The notes: a model not told the origin generated them from the sequence alone. A stretch of 63,765 nucleotides of DNA, filler included, from Octopus bimaculoides (GCF_001194135.2; 6 parts of 5 records of this genome joined end to end with filler, not necessarily neighbours in it); one strand, 5' to 3'. Shown: positions 24,245 to 38,959, counted from the first letter of the whole stretch. Numbers and translations are program-made.

Positions 24245-24639
24245 TATCTCTCACAGATACACGCGTATATATAAAAACACCCATACCGTTATGTTCATAC
24301 GTACATAAATTTAGTATGTTATGGTTGTTACAATGGTTTATCAAGATTTAAAATATACTCTAATTAAGGTTAATAAATTACGAAAGTATAGATAAATAAT
24401 TAGAATCGTAATTTTAATCTTCTAACCTTGCGTATACATATATACATGTATACATCAGAATGTTATTTTCCTAAGGAGATTGCTTTCCAGATTAGAAGAG
24501 TTCTGTCATTTCCACATACGGTGAGAGGTCAAATAACGGTAGCCTAATCAAAGTTTCACTTTAACCACCCAATTTGAAAATCCAGTTGTCACATAGACAT
24601 TGCCAAACGCGGTCGAACTACGACAAAAACAAAAGATTC

Positions 24640-25990
24640 ACACATGAAGTAGGTGTACATGACATCAAGCAGGCGTGATATCAAATGCATGATAAATAAT
24701 GCTCAGAGAATGAGACTCTGTAGACATTCTGCTCTTGTTGCACATGAACACCCCGGTCTGAACATTCATAATGCTTACCTCAGTGAAGTCTGTTTTCCTG
24801 TGTTCATTGTGCAGCGAGACTGGGACACTTTTCATACTAATTTGCTGCTTTCTTAAACCGGTCATAGGGAAACTTTAAAACTATTTTCAGTGTCAATCGC
24901 TAATTCCAAGTCTCAGCAGAGCTTCATGTCTCACAGCAGCAATCGAAGTCAGAACAGGACGGAATATCTTCCCTCGCAGGTACGACCAAAGGCATAGAAC
25001 AACTGAAATGTGGAAAGGAAATATATCAGTGGACAAAATGAAACGTAGCGCTGCATTCTAAACTCAGTGAGATTTTTGTCTGCTCCTGGTAGCAAGGCAA
25101 GATACCAAGCATTTCTGCGATGCAAGCTTCATCATCCTGTGTTAGAGTAAGGAAGAAAAGTCTGACTGACCCAACTGCAGGAGGATTTTGAAGAAAAGAT
25201 CCAGGGCGCTCCGCATTGCTCACCATTCAAGTCGAAAATGTTCCAGAATACCACCACAGCTTCAGAGCAAATGGGATTACAGCTCCAAGGAAAGAGAGAG
25301 GAAAAGACAAATGCCTTTCAATCACCATTGTCAACCTTGTCAACCAATTATGTAAGCAGAAAAGGCATATGGAAAATAATACACTGTTTGGGATGTCACC
25401 ACCCATCAACGATCATTAAGCAGGCTTTGCTCAGATAGGTGTGAAGAACCCACCAAGCCCTTTCCCATTGGAAACGGTGTGAATGAAGATTGTGTCCTCA
25501 AGCCAACTCTTCACAACACCACTCTTCGGTATGATACTCAAGCAGGCCACTGAAGACCACGATGATGAAGATGGCATCTACATTCAGTACCGTACACTTC
25601 AATTTGAAGCGCCAGCTGTCACACATCAAAACACTGGAACAAGTCCTCAATGGATTACACTTTTGAAGACGATGCTACTCTTTTCTCCCACACAGAAACA
25701 GCCCTGCACCGGATCCATTCACGATTAGCAGATGCTGCTCAGCATTTTGACGGAGGAAAAAGCTTAATGAAAACAGAAGTCCTCCGGGCAACAGCGTCAT
25801 TCGCAGATACCCGCAGGGCTATGCTTAAAGGAGCAAAAACATGGTCGCTACTATTTACGTTGTATGCGTACCTTATCATGCAGCCTAAGCGGTCATGCCT
25901 GTTTATTCGGAATTGGACATGTCAGACATCATCAAACCTGCAACGTATATGGACATCCTCTTCCGTAGACTGTTTCTGACAACGGTAGAA
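24640..25990 (+). mobile_element. Degenerate, internally deleted BovB-like RTE LINE
   Basis: Endonuclease start RHSALVAHEHPGLNIHNAYLSEVCFP; RT pieces DEDGIYIQYRT and FEDDATLFSHTETALHRIHSRLADAAQHF...KTEVL; many stops and frameshifts. Confidence 0.8.
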
Positions 25991-26065
25991 AAGACCATAT
26001 ATATATATATATATATGTTTGTATATATTTCTCTCCCTCTCCCCCCCCNNNNNNNNNNNNNNNNN

Positions 26066-26113
<48 letters not shown>

Positions 26114-27264
26114 CGCACGCACGCACATTTATATTACATCAGATGTCTGCAATAGTACAATCGTGTGTCTCTAATCTTAATGTTCTGTGTAAATTCACTC
26201 TAAACCTTGCACTCGTATTCTTGAGCATTTCTTTTACTCATTTATTTTATATTTCATTTTTACAAACTTTATATTAATATTTCTTTGATGTAGAACGTCA
26301 AGGCAAAAAAGGAAAATTAATAGCTTGCATAGAAGGAAATCCTTCTTTAAACTTTCAATAATTTTTACGTCAAAAATCGACTTTTGGATTACTTACGGTC
26401 CACTACAATCGAAGTCACAACTGAAATAATAGATCTATTAAAAGTTTCATTCGTTAATCGATATTCGACAGAATATCTAGAAAGAACATTCTCGAATTAT
26501 TATTTATTTAGCAACTGTCTGCTTTTATTGCACAAAATTAAACAAAAATCAAAATATCAGAGAAAATGTTTTTATAGGTCAAAATGTGATTACTTTTGTT
26601 TCATTTTTCAATTTCCAATACATTGTCTGTAGTTGTTTCTTGTATTCTTTACATATGATAATTTATTTTATGGAAAAGAAAGACGAAATGTATGTAATAA
26701 CCTGTTTAGTCGTTTGCATATAACGTTATAAAATATGTTTCCGTAATAAATTTTCTCCGTAGATACAGTACTCTCTCAGATTCTGGTTCTGATACTCCAT
26801 ACAAAATTTATCGATACGTATTGTTCTCTTCTACATTGTTTTTCATTAAATTCAGCAAATTGAACTTTAGTCGTGCAATATCTGGCTAGGCTTTACATGA
26901 TTATATCGACATGCACTAGAGTGGGGTTTATTTCAAGAATTTCTACGTCTCATACCGTTGGGGAGCACGAAACTCACAATGAAATTCATTATGAATTTCA
27001 GTTGCAATGATTAGCAATTCAAGACTCATTTACGGCAATCGAGATCGCATGAAGTGTTGATCATAACTAGGACAGACAATCGATTCGGATCTAGAACACA
27101 GACGTACCAACCCACAGCCGTATGACTCAGTTAGTTACTATTAATCGTGAATAACGAGTCAATATCAGTCTCTCGATATTCACAGCAACCTTAATGAATT
27201 TTTATTTAAAGAGTAAAAATCTAACCTCCATGTATATGCATATCTTTTGTTTTGTCTTTTAGCG

Positions 27265-27630
27265 CTTGCTTGTTTTAATCATTAGATTGCAGTCATGCTG
27301 GTGGCACCACTCTGAAGAATTTCAGTCGAACAAATCGACCCTGCACATTTTTTTAAAAAACCCGGGTGCTTTTGCCGAACTAAGTTACGGGGACGTAAAC
27401 AGACCAACACCGCTTACCGAGCTGTCGTTCGGAACAAACACAGACATAAATTTGCGTGCATACACACTCTCTAACACACAAATATGACAGTCTTCTTTCA
27501 GTTTCCGCCTAAGAAATCCACCTACAACGCTTTGGTCGACCTGAGTCTATAGTAGAAAACATCCACTCAAGTTGACACGCAGTGGGAGTGAACCCATAAC
27601 GATGTGGTTGGGATGTAAACTGCTTAACTC
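27265..27630 (-). mobile_element. Diverged full-length SINE family B
   Basis: gcagtcatgctgg...gaactaagttacggggacgtaaac...cgcagtgggagtgaaccc. Confidence 0.8.
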
Positions 27631-29350
27631 TCAATAATAATAATGTTGCTATGTCAGTGCAGCAAACGGCGTTTCTCGTATGCCGAAGGAATACAGAATC
27701 AATTTTGCTAACATGAACTGAAACTTCTATTAATATTGTTTTATTTTTTGTTATATTTTCATACTATCTTTTTAATGAAGCGCATACATGAATCTAAAGT
27801 TGTATTTTGCAAACGTGTATGGTGTCTGAATCTTTTGTAGCTGATTTTTAGATATATGACTATGGTTGTTTGCAAATTGTATGTTTATTTTTTAAATAAG
27901 ACAGAATATATTCTGAAAAAATATTTGGTATATTCAGTTGCAACACTTGGTTTAGAGAACAGTATATTCTGTATAGTATATTGCAGTGATGAAAATAGTG
28001 TCTTCTTGCACAGATGAGTTGACCATTACTGAAATACAGATTTGTTTTACAGTTCAACTTCAGTCAACATAAGTTACTGTGCTTGAAGCTTCTTGATGGT
28101 CAACAAAGTAATCGGTGTGTGTGTGGAAGATAGAAGGGGTTGAACTAAAATAAATCTCTAATGGGATTGAGAGGGATTATGGACCAAGATTTTATGATGA
28201 CAATATAGAACATAAGAATTAGAACATTTAGCTTGCAATCTTACGGAGTTTTGGTGTACTTAAATGTGATAATAATATATGAATCTGGTTTCCCTCAAAG
28301 GGTTTGAACAGGGACACAGAAAGCGTGAAAAGAATTGTGCATTGTTATCAGATAGTCAGGTGAACTGATCTGTACTATGTGTATTCAGAGGGTACCAGAT
28401 GTATCTTTGAATCACAGCAACATTTTGATGGTTCAGAGAGAGATGATCATAAGATAATCGGCTCTGTAATCCTGTGAGAGGCTACGAAACGCATGCAAAA
28501 GTATATCCTGAGATGCGTTGATGGTTGTTCAACAATTGTTTGAAATTTCGAGAAGTTCAGAGGCAGTGTCAACTAGAGGGGGACTATTCCTATTTTTGCC
28601 CAACTATCATGTTAGTAGAAAAATGTACTTTTCCTCTCGTAATAGCATACAGGATTCGTTGGGTTATTCTCTCATTATTTAGTATCCTCTTTGCAATGGC
28701 TGTCAGTGTTAGTTTGGGTTTACAAGCGAGGAAGACATTACTCTTGTCATGATGTTAGTTTTATTTCCAAGAATTTAGGAGATACGTACGACAACACTTC
28801 AGATCTCCATGAGATATTATGCACACATACTTTTAATCTCTTTCACTTCAACTCCTTTCCTAATTATATAGAGTCGGGTTATATTTGAGCGAAATTTCAA
28901 CATCTGTAGATCACGCTAATTCAATGGCTTTTTTTTTTCAGTCAAATAAAATAACTGAAATAGAAGCGCAAAAGAAAATTAGTCATCTCAAGTCAGATCT
29001 CAACAATGTAATGATTTCGTTCAAATTGTATTTAAAAACGATAATAATTTATGTAAGCTGTTTTTTGTATATAATATACATGTTAGCATATATTATAATG
29101 GATGTAGGGATGATTATGGAATGTTTACTATTTTAATATTTGAAATAATTTTTCTATCTTTATAAAATAAGTATTTTATATAAATTTATTTGGTACTTAT
29201 TGTTGGTTGATATATATATTTATTTATTATAATTATTTTTCTATTTAAGACGTGACAATCAGCTGTATTTTTGAATAGAATTTATTTTCGATAATTTTAA
29301 TTGATTTTAATCGATTTAAATTTCCTTTCTATTTGAAAATTAGTTATGAA

Positions 29351-29588
29351 CATTGTGTGACAATGACGTAAACAAACCAACGCTGCTTGTCAAGCGTTAG
29401 TGTGGGACAAACACACGCCCAGAGACACAAATGTAGATATATATTGCGTATATATATACGTGTTTGCGTATGTGTGTATACATACACCCCCACACACACA
29501 CAGAGTTTAGTTCACAGTATAGTTCACAGGTGATCTAAACGATTAGGTACGCTAGGTAAGTGCTGTAACGGATTACTGGGGCTCCAAG
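29351..29588 (+). repeat. About 240-bp block duplicated at 32195-32431 and partly at 33096-33139
   Basis: gtgacaatgacgtaaacaaaccaacgctgcttgtca...cagagacacaaatgtagatatatattgcg...gagtttagttcacagtatag; a few substitutions between copies. Confidence 0.9.
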
Positions 29589-30042
29589 NNNNNNNNNNNN
29601 NNNNNNNNNNNNNNNNNNNNNNNNNNNNNNNNNNNNNNNNNNNNNNNNNNNNNNNNNNNNNNNNNNNNNNNNNNNNNNNNNNNNNNNNNNNNNNNNNNNN
29701 NNNNNNNNNNNNNNNNNNNNNNNNNNNNNNNNNNNNNNNNNNNNNNNNNNNNNNNNNNNNNNNNNNNNNNNNNNNNNNNNNNNNNNNNNNNNNNNNNNNN
29801 NNNNNNNNNNNNNNNNNNNNNNNNNNNNNNNNNNNNNNNNNNNNNNNNNNNNNNNNNNNNNNNNNNNNNNNNNNNNNNNNNNNNNNNNNNNNNNNNNNNN
29901 NNNNNNNNNNNNNNNNNNNNNNNNNNNNNNNNNNNNNNNNNNNNNNNNNNNNNNNNNNNNNNNNNNNNNNNNNNNNNNNNNNNNNNNNNNNNNNNNNNNN
30001 NNNNNNNNNNNNNNNNNNNNNNNNNNNNNNNNNNNNNNNNNN

Positions 30043-30080
<38 letters not shown>

Positions 30081-31228
30081 GTTGCCAACCATGTGTGATG
30101 TCCTATACTGGACGGAATGTATCACGTAGGGCTAGTGATGATAACGATGACTTCCTCTCACAAATACTAATTGGGTGTGTCGTTAGCCAGCTGGAAGAGA
30201 TATCTTCCTGGGGCTATAAACGTTAGTAGCACTGTCCCGTATAGGACGCCACACTTGGTTGGCAATTATATGTTACGAGTCCGTATTGCTGCTGTTTATA
30301 TCTCGCTCAGAGAGTTAAAATATATACCTATATACTTACGCGCACACACACACACACACACACATATATATAACTGCCACACATATAATCGCGAGTGATG
30401 AATCAAAGGCTTCACTTGTTGTGATTATTATGACATACACGCATATTTGGTTCACGTGTACATGCGTGTGAATGAAACAAATCTCACTGAGAATAAAAGG
30501 AACACGAAACAGTTATTAGGGAGATAACAAGAGAGAAATCTAAAAGAGAAACAAACACAATTACAACGGCAAAGTATATCAATGATAATGCAGGTTTAAG
30601 AAAGCGTGTCTATATTTGCTTGAAGCTGCATGTTTAATTATGTGGAAACCCGAGGAAAGACTCATGAGTTCCAGAACTCTTAATTCTTATTATTAAGCCA
30701 GGCATTGCAGATAAGAGAAGTCTCTTTTGCTTGAATTACATTTTTTTAATATATGTTTTTGATATATGAATATAATGCAAAATAAGAAATAATTTACCTA
30801 GAAGAAATATATCATTGGCAATATGTCAAAGAAGCCTGCACGTTATTTTCTTCAGCGTTAAATCGAGTATGAGAAATAACAGTAATAAGGATTCAAAGTT
30901 ATGCGTGCATGTGTGAAAATGGGTATATGCCTCTGTATGATATTATAATGAAAATCTGTTATAATCCTCTATGAGTGAATGTACACGACTTTTCTTCCAC
31001 ACGTTGTTAATTCAATGTCTTGGAGCACACACATTCTTGTAACATTGTTTTTACAAGAACGGATGTATTATCAAATAGCTACGTATATATATGCATACAT
31101 ACACAGAAGCACGTGCGTGAACAAATGCGCACACAAGCCCCCCCCCCATACACACATGCATATATATATACATGTATGTATATATTTGCGTATATTCATG
31201 TTTCGGTAGGTATGTATCTATATATCTA

Positions 31229-31311
<83 letters not shown>

Positions 31312-32564
31312 NNNNNNNNNNNNNNNNNNNNNNNNNNNNNNNNNNNNNNNNNNNNNNNNNNNNNNNNNNNNNNNNNNNNNNNNNNNNNNNNNNNNNNNNN
31401 NNNNNNNNNNNNNNNNNNNNNNNNNNNNNNNNNNNNNNNNNNNNNNNNNNNNNNNNNNNNNNNNNNNNNNNNNNNNNNNNNNNNNNNNNNNNNNNNNNNN
31501 NNNNNNNNNNNNNNNNNNNNNNNNNATATATATATATATATATAAAGAAACCGATGACCAATGGTATTGCAGGTTTAAGCAAGCAAGACTATATTAACTT
31601 GAAGCTTACCTTTCAGTATTACAAATATTACTATATATCTTAAGACTATTTTCTAAGAATAACGATCAAATACAGAGATGTCTAATTTTCCACCTCATAC
31701 AATTTCAATGCAGAACGGGTATCTGTGAATTGAAACTATAACGTATATATATAAACGTATTTTATATAATCACTTCTTAGCACTTTACCTGGCACCAACA
31801 TGAACTGCTTTTAAGTTAGAAAATTAGAAAATTACGATTACTCTTAAGTTGTAGACGAAAAGTAACTCTAGAAACTTGTGATCGATGTTTCTCAGCGACT
31901 GTTATTTTGCATAGTTTTTTAATGATATTTTAATGAACACTGATTGGTTAATTTTCAAAAGCAATGCTTATTTTCGTGTTCGATGTTATTATACGTAGTC
32001 TAGTGCAATAGAAGTTTTAACAATCTATTCAATTGGAGATTTAAATCTAATTTAGCATATTTGAAGAACTTGCATTAAATTGGGAAGGGAAATATCTACA
32101 GATATTTCATTATGAATTTGCTTAGTTGAATAAATCAACCTGAGTTCATAGTTTTAAAGCGTAGGAGTTATTCTATTTGTCTCTTTTGTAGAACCATTAT
32201 GTGACAATGACGTAAACAAACCAACGCTGCTTGTCACGCGTTAGTGTGGGACAAACACACGCCCAGAGACACAAATGTAGATATATATTGCGTATATATA
32301 TATATATACGAGTTTGCGTATGTGTGTATACACCCCCCCCCACACAGAGTTTAGTTCACAGTATAGTTCACAGGTGATCTAAACGATTAGGTACGCTAGG
32401 TAAGTGCTGTAACGGATTACTGGTGCTCCAAGGTTATAGCCGAGACGGTAGTTACGGAGCCATTGCAGATTTCCTATGCAACGGATATATAATTGTTAAA
32501 CAGGACATCAAACATTAAGGCAAGGCAAGTAACATAGAATGTTATTACGGGAAGAAATTGAAAA

Positions 32565-32618
32565 TCTTACAGCTGTTTCTGGGATATCCTTCAGTATGGG
32601 ATATTCCTTCATTAGAGA
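32565..32618 (-). ncRNA. Degenerate minimal hammerhead motif (Penelope-type) with internal duplication
   Basis: Minus strand: TCT-CTAATGA-aggaatatcccatactgaaggatatccca-GAAA-CAGCTG-TA-AGA; palindromic stem III ACAGCTGT. Confidence 0.45.
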
Positions 32619-34680
32619 CAAATTAGAGAGAGAAAATATGGAAAATGAGAATGGTATATATCAATAACGTGACAACTTTTATACCACNNNNNNNNNNNNN
32701 NNNNNNNNNNNNNNNNNNNNNNNNNNNNNNNNNNNNNNNNNNNNNNNNNNNNNNNNNNNNNNNNNNNNNNNNNNNNNNNNNNNNNNNNNNNNNNNNNNNN
32801 NNNNNNNNNNNNNNNNNNNNNNNNNNNNNNNNNNNNNNNNNNNNNNNNNNNNNNNNNNNNNNNNNNNNNNNNNNNNNNNNNNNNNNNNNNNNNNNNNNNN
32901 NNNNNNNNNNNNNNNNNNNNNNNNNNNNNNNNNNNNNNNNNNNNNNNNNNNNNNNNNNNNNNNNNNNNNNNNNNNNNNNNNNNNNNNNNNNNNNNNNNNN
33001 NNNNNNNNNNNNNNNNNNNNNNNNNNNNNNNNNNNNNNNNNNNNNNNNNNNNNNNNNNNNNNNNNNNNNNNNNNNNNNNNNNNNNNNNNNNNNNNCAGAG
33101 ACACAAATGTAGATATATATTGCGTATATATATATATATGGAACGTGGAGTAGCGGTCGCATCTATTTGCGTGATAGGAGAGTGATTTGCTGGAGGAAGC
33201 CCGAATAACAGGCGTTGGCAGCGACAAGGAAGGTACACAAATAGAAGTGGTGGATGAAATGGTTAAAAATGAATAAGTAAAGAGGCACGGAACGAATGTG
33301 CCAGGCGGAATTTTGGGGGAACGAAATTGCATTTAAACATACCAATGTAAGATTTCTGGCAGTCATCCAAGAAACACAGACACCTTTTTACGTTATGCTT
33401 GTTGACAAGCAATTTAATACTTTAAAATATTCTGTTTCACAAAAATTTAGTACCGTTCTTATATATGCTTTAGATATCGCGGTTTTATTCCAACTTATAG
33501 ACTGATTTATTTATATGGATTGCTATGTGTCAATACATGGACATTCACAAACGCTCACAAGCCCATACAAATACACTCACAAGCCCATACAAACACACCC
33601 ACAAGCACATACAAACACGCTCACATAATTGTATACACGCACACATGCAGAGAGAGAGAACAATTTCTACATATGGATGTAAACGAATTGATGGTGTATA
33701 TTTATTTATAAATCTGCTTGACCAGCGTGTTCACCGAGTCGTAGTAGGCTCTACGTCTTACAGAAATCTGTCTTGTTGTTGTGAGTGAACTAGTTACTAT
33801 CCGGTTTATGGGCAGCTGTTGGCTTGAAGCTCGTTAAATAGGGTTACTGTTATTGACAGTAATAGAACTGATAGTTTATGGCAAGCTCGAAGCATATGAA
33901 AAGTTTCTCACCAATTCATATTGGTAATTATGAACATTGCGTGGGTAAAGATGGATCTTATTAAGGATGTTTCGTGCAGTGTGAGGGAAATTGTTTTCGT
34001 ACACCTTGTTACTTCAGATAAAACAGCTCAGGGACACAAATATTTCTGTATCTGAACAGAGGAAGGAGCACATACGTTGCGTGTATCTTCCATGAAAATG
34101 ATTTATGAGTCAGTTTGGATAATATGTAGTGAAGGTGTGGGATGTTGTAAGGGTTGTTGCGTAATTGTTAATATTTCGGCAGTAACAGTCTAACGTATGA
34201 AGTCAAGACTGTATGATGAGTGCTTCTCTCTTGTATAGCGGTCAATGATCGGAGCGGTATTATTTTATAAGGAATATTTAACTTTGACGTTATGGCAGTT
34301 ATGAAATTTATGACAGCGATGGGATCTTTTGAAATACTGTTTAATTAGTGTCATGAAGCTGCAAGCAAAACTAATAGAAACATCTATTTTTTAAAATGGA
34401 TTAAACTAGAATGCCTTTCAATTTCTGTTTTGGGAGTTTGAAGGGAGGAAGTGCATCATCAATTTATACTAACTTACCGTCTTGTGCCTTGTTATGATGA
34501 GGTTACATTAAATTACCAATATGAGCCTAAATATGTGTACCTAAAAACATTTAAATTGATTTAAATTGTTCTTCATTTTGATTCAGACCATATAACAATG
34601 TGGGAGTATATAATGCTTTGAGTATTGTTTGTATCAACTGTTTACACTCTCGCATAAACACACGAAGGATGTATGAAAAG

Positions 34681-34733
34681 GTTTGAGCTTTCAAGGCTCA
34701 AAGACCTTGAAGTTTTGTACCTTCATCAGAATT
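34681..34733 (-). ncRNA. Degenerate minimal hammerhead motif
   Basis: Minus strand: CTGATGA-AGG...CCTT-GAAA-GC-TC; palindromic AGCT stem III; weak stem I. Confidence 0.35.
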
Positions 34734-34892
34734 TCTTGTACCATGTTTTTTGGTGGGGTGGGTGGCTCAAGACTGTTCATACACCTCTCGTACACGTAGA
34801 CATGTATATTTTTTACGTATGATTACATATATACTCAATACACACAGAAATATGAATATGCATGAATATACATACGTATCTTTTATATTTTA

Positions 34893-35270
34893 ATTTTTCA
34901 GTCGTTTTACCACGGTCATGCTGGGGCCCCAACTGGAATTTTTGTTCGCGAAATGAATCGACCCTTGTAATTATTTTGTAAGACCTGGTACATATTCTAT
35001 CGCTTTCTTTTCCTAAACCAATAAGTTATGGGGATGTAAATGCACTTATAACAGTTGTGAAACGGTAGTGGAGAACAAACACAGACACAACGACACATAC
35101 AAATTGATATATGCATGTATGCATATATACGACGAACTTCTTTTAATGTCCGTCTTTCAAATGCGCTCTCAAGTCTTTGGTCAGACCGAAGCTATAATAG
35201 AAGGCAGTTGCTCAAGTTACCATGCAGTAGAATTGAACCCGGAACCTTGCTTCTTGCCACACAGCCACCA
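34893..35270 (-). mobile_element. Diverged full-length SINE family B
   Basis: tttttcagtcgttttaccacggtcatgctgggg...caagttaccatgcagtagaattgaacc...ccacacagccac. Confidence 0.8.
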
Positions 35271-35401
35271 TATACATACATACATACATACATACATACA
35301 TACATGCATACATACATACATACATACATACATGCATATAGACATACATACATACATACATACATACATACATGCATACATACATACATACATACATACA
35401 A

Positions 35402-35433
<32 letters not shown>

Positions 35434-37011
35434 CATGTGCAACAGTTAACTCACGCACCCATTTGGATCTCTCTGCATCTCTTTTCTCTGCTCATTCATT
35501 TCTGTAGAAGTGAGTAGATTTGAAACTTTAAAACGTTCTTCAATTTTTCCATTGTTCTTTGCTCCCTCACCTATCTCTGTCGTTCGATTTATTGTATTTT
35601 GTATATATATGTATGTATGTGTAAGAGTGTTCATGTGAGTTTACCTTCCATTTGTCTACCAGTGCATCTATGGATACATATATACGCCGGGGCTGGGCAT
35701 GTGCGTATTATTTACTATAAACTCGTCGAGTTTTCGAAAATATAAAAATAACAATAGGTAAGCAGTTCAAACACAGGCGCATGCGCTGAAAATTGCATTC
35801 TTATCTCAAAGCCGAACAATTAAAAGTCTCACCTTACTCTCTACCTATTTTATTATATTTTGTTTCCTTTATTTCATTGCCACTCTATATAGAGATGAAT
35901 ATATGATTATAAGGATAAATAAAGGAGAAACAAAACTTGATGCACAGAGGTATAGATATTAGAGCTAGCAAACTTTCAGATAACTAATAACTAACTACTT
36001 TTAGATGAGTCGGTATGATATGAGATAACTTTTAAGCTGACTCGACGTAATTAGATTGAATATGAATTGATATATATACTATATTCATGATATTTCTTTC
36101 AAATTGTCAATCAAAGAGAATTTATTCATCGGGCACAAGTTTATAAAATGCCAGAGTTGAGAATATAAAATAAATAAGTAAATAAATAAATGAAATTCGC
36201 TTTTAGACGAGATATTATCTTCTAACGAAACTCATAGGTATTTGCCTGTAAAAGAATTGCAAATGGCAAAATACACGCCCCCCATATATATATATANNNN
36301 NNNNNNNNNNNNNNNNNNNNNNNNNNNNNNNNNNNNNNNNNNNNNNNNNNNNNNNNNNNNNNNNNNNNNNNNNNNNNNNNNNNNNNNNNNNNNNNNNNNN
36401 NNNNNNNNNNNNNNNNNNNNNNNNNNNNNNNNNNNNNNNNNNNNNNNNNNNNNNNNNNNNNNNNNNNNNNNNNNNNNNNNNNNNNNNNNNNNNNNNNNNN
36501 NNNNNNNNNNNNNNNNNNNNNNNNNNNNNNNNNNNNNNNNNNNNNNNNNNNNNNNNNNNNNNNNNNNNNNNNNNNNNNNNNNNNNNNNNNNNNNNNNNNN
36601 NNNNNNNNNNNNNNNNNNNNNNNNNNNNNNNNNNNNNNNNNATAGATAGATAGATATGTAGATAGATAGATAGATATACACACACACATATCTATCTATC
36701 TATACATACATACATACGTACATACATACAAACATACATACATACATACATATATACATATGTATGTATACTATATATATTTATATGTCGGTGTTTCAGT
36801 GCTTGTGTGTATGTTTGTGTATGCGTCTGTTTAAGAATTGTATGAAGGCGAAGTAGAAAAATCATTTCTCCCATGAGCTAATATCGAAATGACAAATTTC
36901 AGAGATGCAAACGAATATAAAAGTTATGTGGATTACGATTATATTTGTATATATAAATAAAGATACATACATATATATGTATATGTATATATATATGTGT
37001 GTGTGTGTCTT

Positions 37012-37063
<52 letters not shown>

Positions 37064-37202
37064 ATCGTATATATGTACGTATCTAAGCATGTATGTATGT
37101 ATCTATGTATGTATAGATGTGTGCAAATATATGATTAGAAATACATACTAAGCTATAAACTCGCGCATACTCTGACACCCAAAAAATCAAAAACGCGTAA
37201 AC

Positions 37203-37233
<31 letters not shown>

Positions 37234-37385
37234 NNNNNNNNNNNNNNNNNNNNNNNNNNNNNNNNNNNNNNNNNNNNNNNNNNNNNNNNNNNNNNNNNNN
37301 NNNNNNNNNNNNNNNNNNNNNNNNNNNNNNNNNNNNNNNNNNNNNNNNNNNNNNNNNNNNNNNNNNNNNNNNNNNNNATATATAA

Positions 37386-37421
<36 letters not shown>

Positions 37422-38959
37422 CAAGAATGAGAAAGAAAGAATGAAAAAAATAAAAAAAGGGAGAAGAGCGGAAGACATGTGAGTATAATCAAATTACCTG
37501 ATAGTACAAACCAAGAAATTCGACCGTAGTATTTGTAATTAAATTAAATATTTGATTAGCTGTTTATACACATATGCTAAATCAAATTACTCCATGCTCC
37601 GAGCTGTGAGCTGACGCGTCGTTTTTCTGTGAGTACTTGGAAGGAAGTCTGAGTGGTTTTGTGCATGCATGTACCGTTGTGTGTGAGGATACGTCTGCCT
37701 GAATTTGAGTAATTTTGCGGTTAGTAACGGTTGATAGCTCACATATATTTTTTTTACTTTCTGCAATATATCCGTATATTCCTAGTTTTATATCATTTAA
37801 ATATCTGTTTTACCTTCCAAAATTTTCTTCTAAATGCAAATACGAATAGAAAACTTTCCACATCTAATATGCAAATGCAGATGTTAAGTTTGGGTAGGAT
37901 CATGATGTATGCATGTATGTATGTATGTATGTATGTATTTATTATGTATGTATGTATGTATGTATGTATGTATGTATTTTTTATGTATGTATTTATGTAT
38001 GTATGTATGTATTTATGTATGTATGTATGTATTTATGTATGTTTGTATGAAAGAATAGAAATTGAAAATGCTCTGAGAATATTTAAAATATTTTTTATTA
38101 AAATATTTGAAACTTTAATCGGTTTCACGCTTTACACTAATTTTCAAAAACCTCAAATAGAAAGACTTGGTTTATGTCACAGCAGCCTTGCTTCTGACTA
38201 GTGTTTGACATTTGTCCTGATTTTATAGGGAGTTCATGGCTCAAATTAGTATTTGTTTTGTATAGGATTTAATTGGTAGAGTATAGTGACACGATTGGTC
38301 TTAGAAATTTTAGTAGTTTCCCTGCTACCTTAGTGTGTTATTATCAAGTGACAATGTTTGCCGTCGTAAGTCATGGCTGACACGGTTCACTGAACAATAT
38401 ATTAGCATACACGCTCAACAATACAGACACTCACACACATGTATATATACCGTGTTCTTGAGCAAAGCATTTTGTTTCGTCCTCTTCCAGCCCACTCACA
38501 TGTAAATGAGTAACTCTGCGAAGGACAAGCCTTCCGATAAGTAGGAATGATGTCTTAGTTGCTGAAGGTGATTGCTCCCGTCAGTGCCGACATATGAGTG
38601 GAGGAGAGGATATAACGTTAAAAATATAGGAAAAGAGGGAAAAAGCTTTTTTTTAAATTACATAACAAAAGAAGTTGCGTAAATTTGTGATGAATGCGTA
38701 AATATAATTTGAGTCTAAGTATGGATTTTGCTATGAAGACATAATCAATGGTGAATTTGATTTTGCCTAGGATTGGGCGAATGAATCTTGTTGATTGCGC
38801 GATATAATTGTTTTATAGCACTGTTTCTTCAACTCAAATTGGTTTCATGCTTCATGAAACATTTTACGACATGCAGATCGATCTACGCAATGACTTTCCC
38901 AAGATGTCAAGTTTAGTTGTAGAGTCTTTAGTGATTACTTCAACTTATATCTCTTAAGT

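Noticed and set aside
28465-28505. ctgtgagaggctacgaaacgcatgc, hammerhead-like
   Set aside because: A6 is missing and no UH follows the stem.
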